DNA of 64,000 nt from positions 81,284,001 to 81,348,000 of the forward strand of contig NC_058368.1 in assembly GCF_018350175.1 (NCBI RefSeq), written 5' to 3'. The DNA comes from Felis catus (taxonomy: Eukaryota). The position numbers were made by a program, and so were the translations under genes. Below the pieces are notes generated by a model, which was not told the DNA's origin, searched no databases, and worked only from the letters and a program-made list of their open reading frames with translations. The stretch's first letter is position 1; each line of letters opens with the position of its first letter. Positions 38,797 to 49,875 of the stretch are shown here, piece by piece.

Positions 38797-41700
38797 CAAT
38801 GAGCAGTGAGCCCTTGACAAGCCGCAAACGCCTCTGGACCCACCGGGTGCCCGGGCCGGAACCCCCCGCGAGCCTGGCGTTCGTCCTGGTCCCGCAGGCT
38901 AGGGGAGGGCACCCCGAGATGGGGTCCGGGGTGCCCCCAAAGCCCCGCCCGCTGAGCGGCGGGGATGACCCCGGCGCGGGCGCCCAGTCCCCCTCGGTGC
39001 GTCCTCCCTCCTCCTGCGAAATCGCGCCCGCTCGGCATCTCTGGTACCCGCCTCGGTTCTCCGGGCGCACAGCCCGCAGCCTCCCCACCCGCGCGGGGCC
39101 GCTGCCCGCTTCCGCCCTGATTTCCCAGGTTTGAGCCGCCCGCGGAGAGGAAAGGTCGAGAAGTTTCAAGGGTCACATGGATTCTCGGCTGCGGCCGGTG
39201 CTGGAGTGGACGGACGGGGCGGGGCCGGCCTGGCAGCCATCGACCGGGGACTGAACGAGGCTGGCCGACTCGGCCTGCAGGAAACAGGTGTTCGAACACG
39301 ATAGCGGCCGCCAGTCAATTAACCCATTAACAGCCCGCTTTACCGCATTGGTTTCCGGGAGCGCAGAGCGGCCGGCGTCCTGGAAGCCCCTTTGTGAAGG
39401 GCGGGGGAGCGGGACGGACTGCGCTCTCGGCACCTCGATGGGCTCAGGGCACCCCCAAAGCCCCGGCCACCTCAGCAGTGCTGCCCAGGCGGCGGGTCAG
39501 GGCTTTCCCTTAGGCTGGAGTTGGGGAGGGAGGGGTCCTGCTCTGTTCTACCCCAGAACCAGGATCTCGTTACCCCAGGCGCCTCCCCCTGCTTGGGCCT
39601 AACGGGCCTGTGGTGCCTGAAACGTCCCGCGCGGCCCGTGTCCCGGACACACCCAAGGGTGGCGAAGACCAAAGGTTAAGGCCAGGATCCACGCGGAAAG
39701 GAATTCCACCCCCACCCCACCTCCTCTCCAGGTCTCCCTGGAGAGCGTCTCTCCCCGAAGCGCGAGGCAGGCCGGGTAGCTCGTCCCAGCATGGACCAAC
39801 ACAGAACGCCCAAAAACGACAGAAAACGTCCAGGTGGCCTCGAGTTCTGGTCCTCTTTATTCCTGGAGAGGTTGGAGCGAAAGGCTGAGCCAGGAGTGGG
39901 AGTCAGCTGCTGCCGAGCGTGGGGGGTGAGGTGGGGGTGAAGGGCAGTTGGGATAGAAGGAGGCAGCCTCTGCCAAGGACCCTGGGGGGAAGCGTGGGCA
40001 GCGACACTGAACGTACCCATTCCCCTGCCGCCAGTAGGAAGAGGTGGTGGGGCTGTGCTCAGGGTGCAGGCGACCTGCTCAATGGCCAAGATCGCATCTA
40101 CCTGGAAAGGCCGGTGGTAACTGGCCTCTCCAGTCGCAGATGTGGCTGTGAGCTCTGAGGGCTGAACACAATTTCAGCCAAAATATGTAGAAAGCACAGG
40201 GTCCCTGCTCTGTAACCAGAACACCCTTCCCTGTGGCCTGCTGGGGCCCTCTGTCCTTTGGGGGCCCCTCCCCAGAGCCCTGGGTGCCAGCCCTGGAGCA
40301 GCCAGTCCCCAAGGGGAGACACAGTGCCAGCAGCCGGTTGGAGAGCTGGAACCCTCCGTTAACCAGTTTTGCAGGAAACTATGTTCACCCACTTTTTCCG
40401 CCCTGCCCCCCCCCCTGCCGAGATTTAAGGTTCAAAGGCTGTGTGAAGCAGTTCTCTTCCTGATCTGCCAAACCTTCTGCCTCATTTTCATGGTGCCCCC
40501 TCCTGTAGGGAAGGGGCATCCGGGGGATGCTTGGGGGTGGGTTGCGGGTCCTGCCCGGCCCCTCCTGTGTGTGCAAGGCCTGCGCCCCAAATAAGGAGGA
40601 AGGAACACTGCGAATGTGGTCCTCAGAAAGCACTCCCCCCCAGGTGGGACCTCGACCTTCACCGGAAGTGGAGGGAAATCTGACTTCCCCTCAGGGGTCA
40701 GCCGGCTCTGCCCCCCACCCCCCAGGTGAGAGAGCATCACAGTGAGCCCACGGGCCTCCTTCCGGGGTGCGCACAGGGCAAGGGCGCTGGCTTCTGGGCC
40801 CAACCCCACTGCTCCAGGACCTCAGAGGGCCTCCCTTTGTGATTGCGGTTTCTGGAGTAAGCAACACGCCCCACTGAAAGGCTTGAAATTGTGTCAAAGT
40901 GATGTTTTAATCTCGTTGAAAAGTGTATTAAAGGACAAGATGTAATTTATGTGAGACGCGCCGATGGAAGGAGAGATTGGAGAGGATGGCCCTTTCGCTC
41001 CCGTGAACCCCGTGTCACGTTGGTATTGAAGCCCGTGTGGCTAATCTAATTTGCAATAACAGGCATGGCCTGTAAGAAAAAAGCATCTCTGATTTCACTT
41101 TATTTCTTTTCATATAGAAATTCCTCATGACTTGTCTCCTCTTGTGAGTGATGCCTTTTCTATGTGGGGCTAATGAGAGAGTGTGAGACAGGGCTGTGTT
41201 CCTGCTCACTGCGCCTCTCCCCTACAAACACCCCTGGTAACCGGGCTCACCTGGACTGGCCTGGACTCAGCAGGGACGCATCAGGGCCTTGAAAGACCCG
41301 CTCTGAGCGCTTCAGAAACTATCGCCCCGCGGCCTGCTGGGTGCCTGCGTTTACCTGCAGAGGCTGGTTGTGTCTCCCAAGGATTTTGGCTTTGGAAGTT
41401 AGCTCCGTCAGAAGTGCTGTATTCTCAGACCTTTACGTTCTACAGATTTTAATTTGAATGGTGAGGAAGCTCCCCGCGTTCCGGAAAGTTTGATCTTTGA
41501 TGAGTCTTTGCACTTGCTTACGGAGGACCCAGACACACCCACTGTCACACCAGGTGCTCTGTATTCTTATTACGCGTGGCACACGAGCATTCTTTACCAA
41601 TAAAAAACTACGCGTTAGAAAATTACAACTTTTGTACAATGTAAAAAGGTGTATTCAAACTGTTAATTATGGGGGGTTGTGTAAATGAAACTTTACCAGT

Positions 41701-41819
41701 GACCCATTTAATTTGGTGGTAATTACTGACAAAATAAGACAAGGAAGAATCACAATGCAGTATGCTTTCTCGAAGGAGACCATTGCGCACAGGTAGTTAA
41801 GCCAAGAAGGAAGACAAAA

Positions 41820-42860
41820 TCCGCGGGCGTTGGTGGGGGGAGGTTGCGGATGTATAAAAAGTATACAAAAATCGCACCGTGAAACCATTCGGATTGAAAC
41901 AGCAGAGAACGCGGCTCAGGCGGCCTCCGGAGAAGCCCCAGCGAATTTTAGAGGCGCCGGCGTTTTCTCCTTAAAACCCAAGGCTCCGGCACCGACAGGT
42001 CAGCTCTGCGGATCCGCCGACTTGAGCAGCGACTTTTTTGGGTCCTGGAAACGCGGGGTGCTCTTTGCAGCCCGGCCTCCGCTCTCCCGGCAGGACCGGC
42101 GCCCACGGCGGGCGGAGGGGGGGGGAGGGGAGGGGAGGAGCACCGCTGCACCCCTGCCCAGCGCGCTCCCGGCAGGCGCGGCTGGCGGCCTCTTCCTTCC
42201 CGGCTTCCTCGAAGGACTTGCGGGGACAGGCGGAGGCAGGGACGCGGGTCCCGGCGCTTTACTCCCAAGGTCCGCCTGCGGCCCCAGCGTCAGGCGGCGG
42301 CTTGGCCGAGGCTAACCAGCCGGGCCTCCGGGCACTGGCCGGGGTTCCCGCTCGACTCGCTTTCCCGCCAAGTTGTTAATCGGTATGGACGCGAGAATAC
42401 CACCCTTCCACGCCCACCGGGCGTCGCGCGCGCCCACCACGTACCTTGGCCGGGGATGCTGGGACCTCCTGGCTGGCGCCCCGGGCCCGGCGAGGGCGGG
42501 GCGGGGGAGGGGGAGCCCGGGCAGAGCTCGAGTCCCTAAAGGCCGCCCAGCAGAACTGCGCCCCAAAGCCGCGCTCGGCCCAGCTCCCCGCCCAACTGGC
42601 TTGGGCCCGGTGGGCGCCCTGGAGGAGACACCAGAGTCCAGGTGTGCGGGGCAGGCGGCCCGCCGCGATTCTGGGGGCAAAGTTTCCCACCGAAGGGCCG
42701 GGCGGGCTGAGCGGCAGGAGGAACCCGAGCTGGCGGCGAGGCCCGGACGGCCTGGCACCCCGCGGCCGCCCAGCCCCGCGCCCGGCCCGCCGCCCCCCCC
42801 CCCTCTCCCGAGCGCCCGCAGCTCCGCCGGGCCGAGGGCGCGGGGCCCCCCTCGGGTCCC
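41820..42860. promoter_or_regulatory. CpG island
   Basis: Dense CpG/GC. Confidence 0.8.
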
Positions 42861-43329
42861 AGAGCTTCCCTCCCCTTGTCTTGTGTCTTTCATTCATAAA
42901 CCTGGTGGCCACGGACGCAGCTTGAATATTGACGCCTCTCCCCCAACTGCTCTGCCGTTAACCCAATTACAGAATTCATCAAGAACTGTGTTGAATTATC
43001 TCTTTCCATACAGTATCAGCATTAGCCTAATTAAAAGCTATAATGTCTGATATAATGATTAAATCGTTAGCTCTGCTGTAGGGAAGCAATATTTTGTTTT
43101 CCCTTCAATTAGAAGCTGATTGAGGTTTTCAGAGCAGGTCAGCTGTGAAATTTGAATTATATGTGTGAGTACTGCTCACAGGGTGAGCCCCTACTCGAAA
43201 GCTCCCAGAGATTCTCCAAATGCTTTCACCCAGAGAGCTAGGAGGCACGAAACAACACTCGCGCGCGCACACACAGGGTTGTTTGCTCTTCGGGGGGGAT
43301 GTGCGGATCCCCACACTGATGGCTGAGGA

Positions 43330-44320
43330 AGGCCTTCATGTCCCCTGTCCCGCAGACACGCCGGGCGCAGGCCTCCGAACCCGGAGAGGGCCGCGGACTG
43401 GCGAGCTCAGAGAGGCCACAAAGGTCTCCTGCTCAGTTGCCATCCCCAAATGGCAGGGGCCGCTGGAAGTTCCCTACTGGCGAGCGGCTCTTTTTCTTCT
43501 CCTTCCTCTTTACCCCTTTCTGTGACTATTTTTCCCCCTTTAAAAGAAAAAAAAATCAACAAAGAAACTTTTGTGCTACTTTGCCTCCGTTGGCTTTGTT
43601 TGGGAACAACGGGCCAAGTTAGCAGGGTCAGGGCACAGAGGGGGGACCCAGAGCGCCCTGGGACCCGGGCCAGACCAGTGTCTCTTACGACGCTGGGGTT
43701 GACCCCCGCGCACCCTGCCTGGAAAAGCCCCGAAGGCGCGCGCCGAGCCCCGGAGACGGGCGCAAGGCCGCAGGAGCTGGACGCGGGCGCGGGGCCCGAG
43801 GCCCGGAGCTCCGAGAGGCGGCGAGGGCGGCAGCGGCCAGCAGACGGCGATCGCGTCCCGCGCTCCCGCGGCTCCCGGCAGGGGGGAAACGCGGCCTCCG
43901 CCGCCGCCTCCCCGCGCTGTCCCCCTCCAGCGGCACACGCCTCTCCTCGGTCTGCGCCTCCTGTCGGCAGAGATGACCTCGAAGGCCCGAGCTGCCTCCC
44001 CGTCTTCCCTGTTCTCTCTCCCGCGCTCGCTCCGCCGCCGCCGCCTCCTCCTCCTCCTTGCAGCCTCTTCTCGGATCACTTTTTTTCGCTCCCGGAGTCC
44101 TGCCTTGAATTGGTGGCTCCCTCCCTCAGGATCTGCCTCCTCGGAATCTCTCGGGTCTCGGTCCTTCGGGGCGACTCCAGAGCCTAGAAGGCTGTGCCCA
44201 GTCCGGGCCTCGGTTCTCCCCCTGCCTGGGAAGCCCCAGGAGTTTAACTCCTGTGGGGGCGCAGCCGCCGGCGGTGTGCGCGCATCTCCTGGGCGAGTGT
44301 CACCAGGACCCGCCGACTGA
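43330..44320. promoter_or_regulatory. CpG island
   Basis: Dense CpG/GC. Confidence 0.8.
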
Positions 44321-47300
44321 GCCAAGGAGGGAAGACAGGAATGTTTGGTCTCACTGCTTCCCTGCGGTGACCTTTCACTGACTCCCGTCCCCACCTGCCA
44401 ACTCCTGACCTGTCCATCTCTCTGCTTGCTTGGAGCTGTGGACTGGTGCTGGCACAGAAAGTCTCCTCTAGGTGCCCGAAACGCAGCTTTCATTTAAAGA
44501 TTGCTAGGGGCGATCTACAGGGAGTTCTGTCCACTCTGACCGTCTCTGCTTCCCAGATTTCTCCTGAGCACAACCACGGAGCTGTGGGGAAAGTCAAAGC
44601 CAAAAGTCTTAGTTACTCCACACAAGCAGTTTACACTGGTGGTGTTAGAAGTCCAGAACTCAGTTTATTTAAAAGTCAGGGGCTCTTGTGCAATTGCCCA
44701 AATACATCATGTACATAGATATGCATATATTCTGTATGTCTACCCACCTACATGTACACGTACAGATCTCCTCTGTAACGCATGATGTTTATGAATGCAT
44801 ATACTCTTTGCGGGCATTGTGTATTCGCATGCGTATGTGTGCCATATGTATATACACATACGTATACATACACCCACGTGTGCATGTGTGTGTATATAAT
44901 TTCCTCTAACGGAGCTTGGATCTGGATTCTCTTTGAGGATCATGCCCACAAATTAAATAAAAGAACAGCAAGTATCTTCACCTATCCATATTGCCAAGTC
45001 GATCTTCACTTTGGCATTTTGAGCAAAAAGATACAATGAAGTTTCTGAAAGCCAAAAAAAAGCCCATTCGGTCAATCATCAGTGAACTAATCCTTCCCTC
45101 AGGGTCTGGGCCCTGACGTTACCTGGAAATTGTGTAGTCTGTCTTCAAATCCTCTAGCACCCAACCTTGAAGAATCCCTCAGTCCCAAGGAGGCCCCTGC
45201 CAACCTAGTGGAGGTGAAGAGGGGAGAAACAAAACTGGGGAGAGGAGGTGTTTTCCAAACCGGTTTTTGTACGGTTTCCTCTCCTTTCAAAGAGTCACTG
45301 GAGAGAGGGGTCAGGAGTGAGGAACTGAGGCTCCCAGAAGCTGTCACCGACGGGAGTCGATGTGACGCCCCTCAGTCTCCATGCCAGGGTGGAAGGCGAG
45401 GAGAGGTCTGGCACTCACTGCCCTGCCACTGCCTAATTGGCACAGGCGGCTGGTGCCAATCATCTATCGCTTGGCAACAAGTTACACCTGCGGCTCCAGT
45501 TTAATGCTTGTGCGCGTGGACACCCAGAGCGTGCACCCGCTCGGGCCCAGGGAGCATCTCATCACTCAAAAGGGCTTGTGGAGAGAGCCCTGAATGCTAA
45601 GCATCAGCGTGATCTCACGCAAGGCTAAACCATTTACCTCCCATTTAGATGCTCCGGAAAACAAGGGTAACATCGTATTTGGAAACAATTTTCAGGATGG
45701 TGGTCGAAAGAAACCAGACCGTTCAAAGTCGGCCATCCAAGTTCCCAAAAGCATAAAGCATTCCTGCAATGCTGACTGGAGTGCAGGGTGTTTATAAAAT
45801 AAATTGCCCCATTGATATGGAAAATAATGTGCCAAGCCTGACTCACACAAAGCATTTTCAGGGGGTCTTAGGCTATTTAGTTTAAAATCTAAATTGAAAA
45901 GCAGAGGAAAAGAAATCTTTCAATTGCTAAGTGGATAATATAGTTTATAATTTGTAAACCATTTCCTTTATTTCAGTCTTGCTGACTTTCCATAACACAC
46001 TGGATCTCACTGCACACCCATCGCCTCCTAAATTATCAAAGGAAAAACGGGCCTGTAGCATTCTTAAACAATATTCTTGTTCTTTTTTTGTTCACTCACA
46101 ATGTAACTGATATTTGGAGGTAGTGCATGAAACAAATCAAAAGATTTAACAAACTCGATTGATGAAATGAGAAGGTAGTTGAAAACCGACTTTATAACCT
46201 AGATATTTAGTGAAAAACTAAATACAAAACGACATTTCCTTTCTAATATAATTATGTATTATTTGATGAGTTCACTATTAACTGCTGAATGGCCTGAAGC
46301 GGAAGCAGTTCAATCTGCAGAGACCAATTTGCTGTCGCATGGCATACTGTAGCAACCTTGAAATAATAATAAAAAGGCTATACAGTAATAATCACGGTAA
46401 CTGGGATCACAGAGAGCAGGACGCCTGCACCTCGGGCGAGCAATGGGGTCAGGATATTCACCACCTCAGAGGTTTTTTTAATGGAGGGGGAGGGAGAAGG
46501 TGTCACGTGCTCACTGCCCAGAACACTTCAACGTCCTTATTAGAACGTTTAGGGTCATCGTCGCCGGTACATGGTTATTCCGATTACAAGATGGTCAGTC
46601 ACGCCGCTGTGGTTGGGCTCGGCTTCACCCACGTCCCCTAAGCACCTCCCTCTCCAGGGCGCGCACACACGCCCGCGTGGAGTAGGCACGAGGGGTTCTA
46701 GGGCTCGAGGGAGTCTCTGCAAAAAAAAAGGGGGGGGGCTCTGGGCCACTTGCTTATCGTTCGGACTGAAATGGTAGCGTGAGCGCCACGGTGGGGGCTC
46801 TGAACTGGGCTTGGAAATCTCTTGTGCGTCCCCAGATGGAGCACACTGTGAGGGTTAGGAGTTGTGGCCGAAGACAGGGCCTCACTCCTCCCAGGAACCA
46901 GGCCTTTCGTTCGCATTATGTAGGAAAGCGGCATCTGTCACTGAGTCGCGAGGCCCCGCTTCTCCCGTTCGGTGTCCAGTGGGCCCCGCTGCGTTCACGC
47001 AGTTTTCATAGATCTTGGGCCAACAGCTGCTGGAAGATTCGCTCCAGAAAAGCGTGGGCTCCATCGTTCTTTTGCGATTTCAACAAACTTTTTCGATTGT
47101 TGTGGAGTCACTACTAGACTCCAGATAGATCTTGTTGTCTCCCCAGCTCCCTGGCAATTCCTTTTGAGGAGGAAGGAGCCAAATTGAGAAGACGCCCCCA
47201 GGCTCATTGAAACCCTCAACAAACACACACACAAAGTTCAGGGCTGATGGAGCGAAGTCTGACAAAACGCCCCCTCTCCTCCTTAGGGGGATTCTCGGGG

Positions 47301-47819
47301 CCTGGGCCGGGAAGGCCTTGCGGATGAGAGAGGGCACTGGGGAACCTCCGCCCACGCGGCGGCCGAGCAAGTATACCCGGGAGAGTCTCGCAGGAGAACT
47401 CGTGGGGGGCTTCCGAGCTGCGGATCTCAGACGCCCTCCAGCTACCCCCGGCTCCCGGGGGCGCGCCTCTCCTCCCAGGCCTCGGCCCCAACTTTCCCCC
47501 TCCCAGCAAGCGGAGACTTGGCCGGCGGGGGTGCCGCGGGGCTGGGTCTCCAGTGCGCTCCTCTAAACAAGGCTCGGGGCTGTATTACCCCCCAACCCTC
47601 AACCCCCCCCCCCCCGCCCCGAACGAGTCTTTCTCCGTCTTCGCTTTTAAACCCAACCTTAATCGTTCGGAGCGCGCGGGCGGGAGAGGCGAGGAGGGCG
47701 AGCTCGGGGTTCGCCGCCGCCGCCGCTGCCGCGCGCGCTCAGGAAGCAGCGTGGCTGTGCCCCCTCCCAGGCCTCCTTCCCCCTCCTTCCTGCCCCTGCT
47801 CCCCCTCCTTCCTCCCCTC

Positions 47820-47945
47820 CTCCCGCCCCGCCGCCCGCGCCCCGAGCTTCTACTCCCTCCCCACGTCACTCGCCAGCGCGCCATGCAAATCACCGCCGCC
47901 GCCGGCTCCCATTGGCCGCGGCGCGCTCATTTAATGGCAGCCCGG
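47820..47945 (+). promoter_or_regulatory. Putative SOX1 core/proximal promoter
   Basis: GC boxes (CCCGCCCC), CRE-like CACGTCA (47862-47868), perfect octamer ATGCAAAT (47883-47890), inverted CCAAT (ATTGG 47911-47915) and an AT-rich CATTTAAT element, clustered in a CpG island ~750-870 bp upstream of the ATG. Confidence 0.65.
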
Positions 47946-48696
47946 GCCCGGCGTATGGCTGCTGGGCCCCGCGCGCCGCCGGCCCCGCGTGCGCCTCCGC
48001 TCCGAGCGCACGGCCTCGGGCAGGCAGCGGGCAGCCAGTCCCGGGCTCGGCGGCCCCGCTCTCTGGCCCTCTCCTCGCGCCTGCGCTGCCCCCGGCCCCC
48101 CTCCCCAGCGGCCCCCCTCCGCGCCCCCCTCCGCGCCCCGCTCCCCCCCGGGCACCTGGGACCGGCACATGCCCAGCGCACGCGGCGCGCCGCGCTGCTA
48201 GAAGTTGTAGCCCCGGAGTTGGAGGCCGCCGAGGACCGAGCGCAGGAGCGAGGAGGCGGCGCTCGGCGGCGGCCAGCGAGAAGGCGGCGGAGAGCCCCGG
48301 GCCAGGCCCCGCGCACGGCTCACGTCCCGAAAAGTGGAGCTGCAGCTTGGCGACGCCTGCACCTGTTTGCGCCGCTCCGCCGAGGCGACCGGGCTGCGGC
48401 GGCGGCGGCGGCGGCGGCGAAGACGGCGACCCCGGCCAGCGCCCTCTTCGGCAAGTGGTTTGAGCGCCAGGAGAAACTTTGCACCTGTGAGCCGGACCTG
48501 CGCTGAGTGCGTGTGTTTTTGCCTCCCGTTCCGTTGTCTTCGCTTCCACCTGCGCCCCGCTCTCCTCTCCGGTAGGACTTCTCCCCCTCCCCGCGTCCCG
48601 CTCCGTTCGATTGAGCCCCTCTCCACCCTCCGCCCCCCGGCCGTCTATGCTCCCGGCCCTCCCCGCGCGGTGCCGGTGAACCCGCGGGCCGCCCCG

Positions 48697-49875
48697 ATGT
48701 ACAGCATGATGATGGAGACCGACCTGCACTCGCCTGGCGGCGCCCAGGCCCCCACGAACCTGTCGGGCCCGGCCGGGGCGGGCGGCGGCGGGGGTGGCGG
48801 TGGCGGCGGCGGCGGCGGCGGCGGGGTCGCCAAGGCCAACCAGGACCGGGTCAAGCGGCCCATGAACGCCTTCATGGTGTGGTCCCGCGGGCAGCGGCGC
48901 AAGATGGCCCAAGAGAACCCCAAGATGCACAACTCGGAGATCAGCAAGCGCCTGGGCGCCGAGTGGAAGGTCATGTCCGAGGCCGAGAAGCGGCCGTTCA
49001 TCGACGAGGCCAAGCGGCTGCGCGCGCTGCACATGAAGGAGCACCCGGATTACAAGTACCGGCCGCGCCGCAAGACCAAGACGCTGCTCAAGAAGGACAA
49101 GTACTCGCTGGCCGGCGGGCTGCTGGCGGCCGGCGCGGGCGGCGGCGGCGCGGCGGTGGCCATGGGCGTGGGCGTGGGCGTGGGCGCGGCGGCCGTGGGC
49201 CAGCGCCTGGAGAGCCCGGGCGGCGCGGCGGGCGGCGGCTACGCGCACGTCAACGGCTGGGCCAACGGCGCCTACCCCGGCTCGGTGGCGGCGGCGGCGG
49301 CGGCCGCGGCCATGATGCAGGAGGCACAGCTGGCCTACGGGCAGCACCCGGGCGCGGGCGGCGCGCACCCGCACGCCCACCCGGCGCACCCGCACCCGCA
49401 CCACCCGCACGCGCACCCGCACAACCCGCAGCCCATGCACCGCTACGACATGGGCGCGCTGCAGTACAGCCCCATCTCTAACTCGCAGGGCTACATGAGC
49501 GCCTCGCCCTCGGGCTACGGCGGCCTCCCCTACGGCGCCGCGGCCGCCGCCGCCGCCGCCGCGGGCGGCGCGCACCAGAACTCGGCCGTGGCGGCGGCGG
49601 CAGCGGCGGCGGCCGCGTCGTCGGGCGCCCTGGGCGCGCTGGGCTCGCTCGTCAAGTCCGAGCCGAGCGGCAGCCCGCCCGCCCCCGCGCACTCGCGGGC
49701 GCCGTGCCCCGGGGACCTGCGCGAGATGATCAGCATGTACTTGCCCGCCGGCGAGGGCGGAGACCCGGCGGCGGCCGCGGCGGCCGCGGCGCAGAGCAGG
49801 CTGCACTCGCTGCCGCAGCACTACCAGGGCGCGGGCGCGGGCGTCAACGGCACGGTGCCCCTGACGCACATTTAG
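48697..49875 (+). CDS. SOX1: SRY-box transcription factor 1 (SoxB1 HMG-box protein), single exon, 392 aa
   Basis: ATG at 48697 ([13 protein letters not shown]...), TAG at 49873-49875. HMG box [42 protein letters not shown]...YKYRPRRK (~48844-49074), SoxB motif [11 protein letters not shown], Gly15 tract, poly-Ala tracts, His-Pro repeat, VKSE SUMO-type motif, C-terminal TVPLTHI. The ORF-track start at 48334 is a GTG in the leader. Confidence 0.99.
   Translation: MYSMMMETDLHSPGGAQAPTNLSGPAGAGGGGGGGGGGGGGGGVAKANQDRVKRPMNAFMVWSRGQRRKMAQENPKMHNSEISKRLGAEWKVMSEAEKRPFIDEAKRLRALHMKEHPDYKYRPRRKTKTLLKKDKYSLAGGLLAAGAGGGGAAVAMGVGVGVGAAAVGQRLESPGGAAGGGYAHVNGWANGAYPGSVAAAAAAAAMMQEAQLAYGQHPGAGGAHPHAHPAHPHPHHPHAHPHNPQPMHRYDMGALQYSPISNSQGYMSASPSGYGGLPYGAAAAAAAAAGGAHQNSAVAAAAAAAAASSGALGALGSLVKSEPSGSPPAPAHSRAPCPGDLREMISMYLPAGEGGDPAAAAAAAAQSRLHSLPQHYQGAGAGVNGTVPLTHI

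Larger units (their letters stand above)
37230..39470. promoter_or_regulatory. CpG island; candidate lncRNA (SOX1-OT-like) promoter/exon region
   Basis: Dense CpG/GC; contains a splice-acceptor-like and a splice-donor-like site. Confidence 0.8.

Noticed and set aside
34823..44493. Many 150-300 aa ORFs in the upstream CpG islands
   Set aside because: Stop-codon depletion in GC-rich DNA; overlapping in all frames; no recognisable domains.
48334..48696. ORF-track start giving a 513-aa SOX1
   Set aside because: The start is a GTG; the known SOX1 N-terminus MYSMMMETD begins at 48697.
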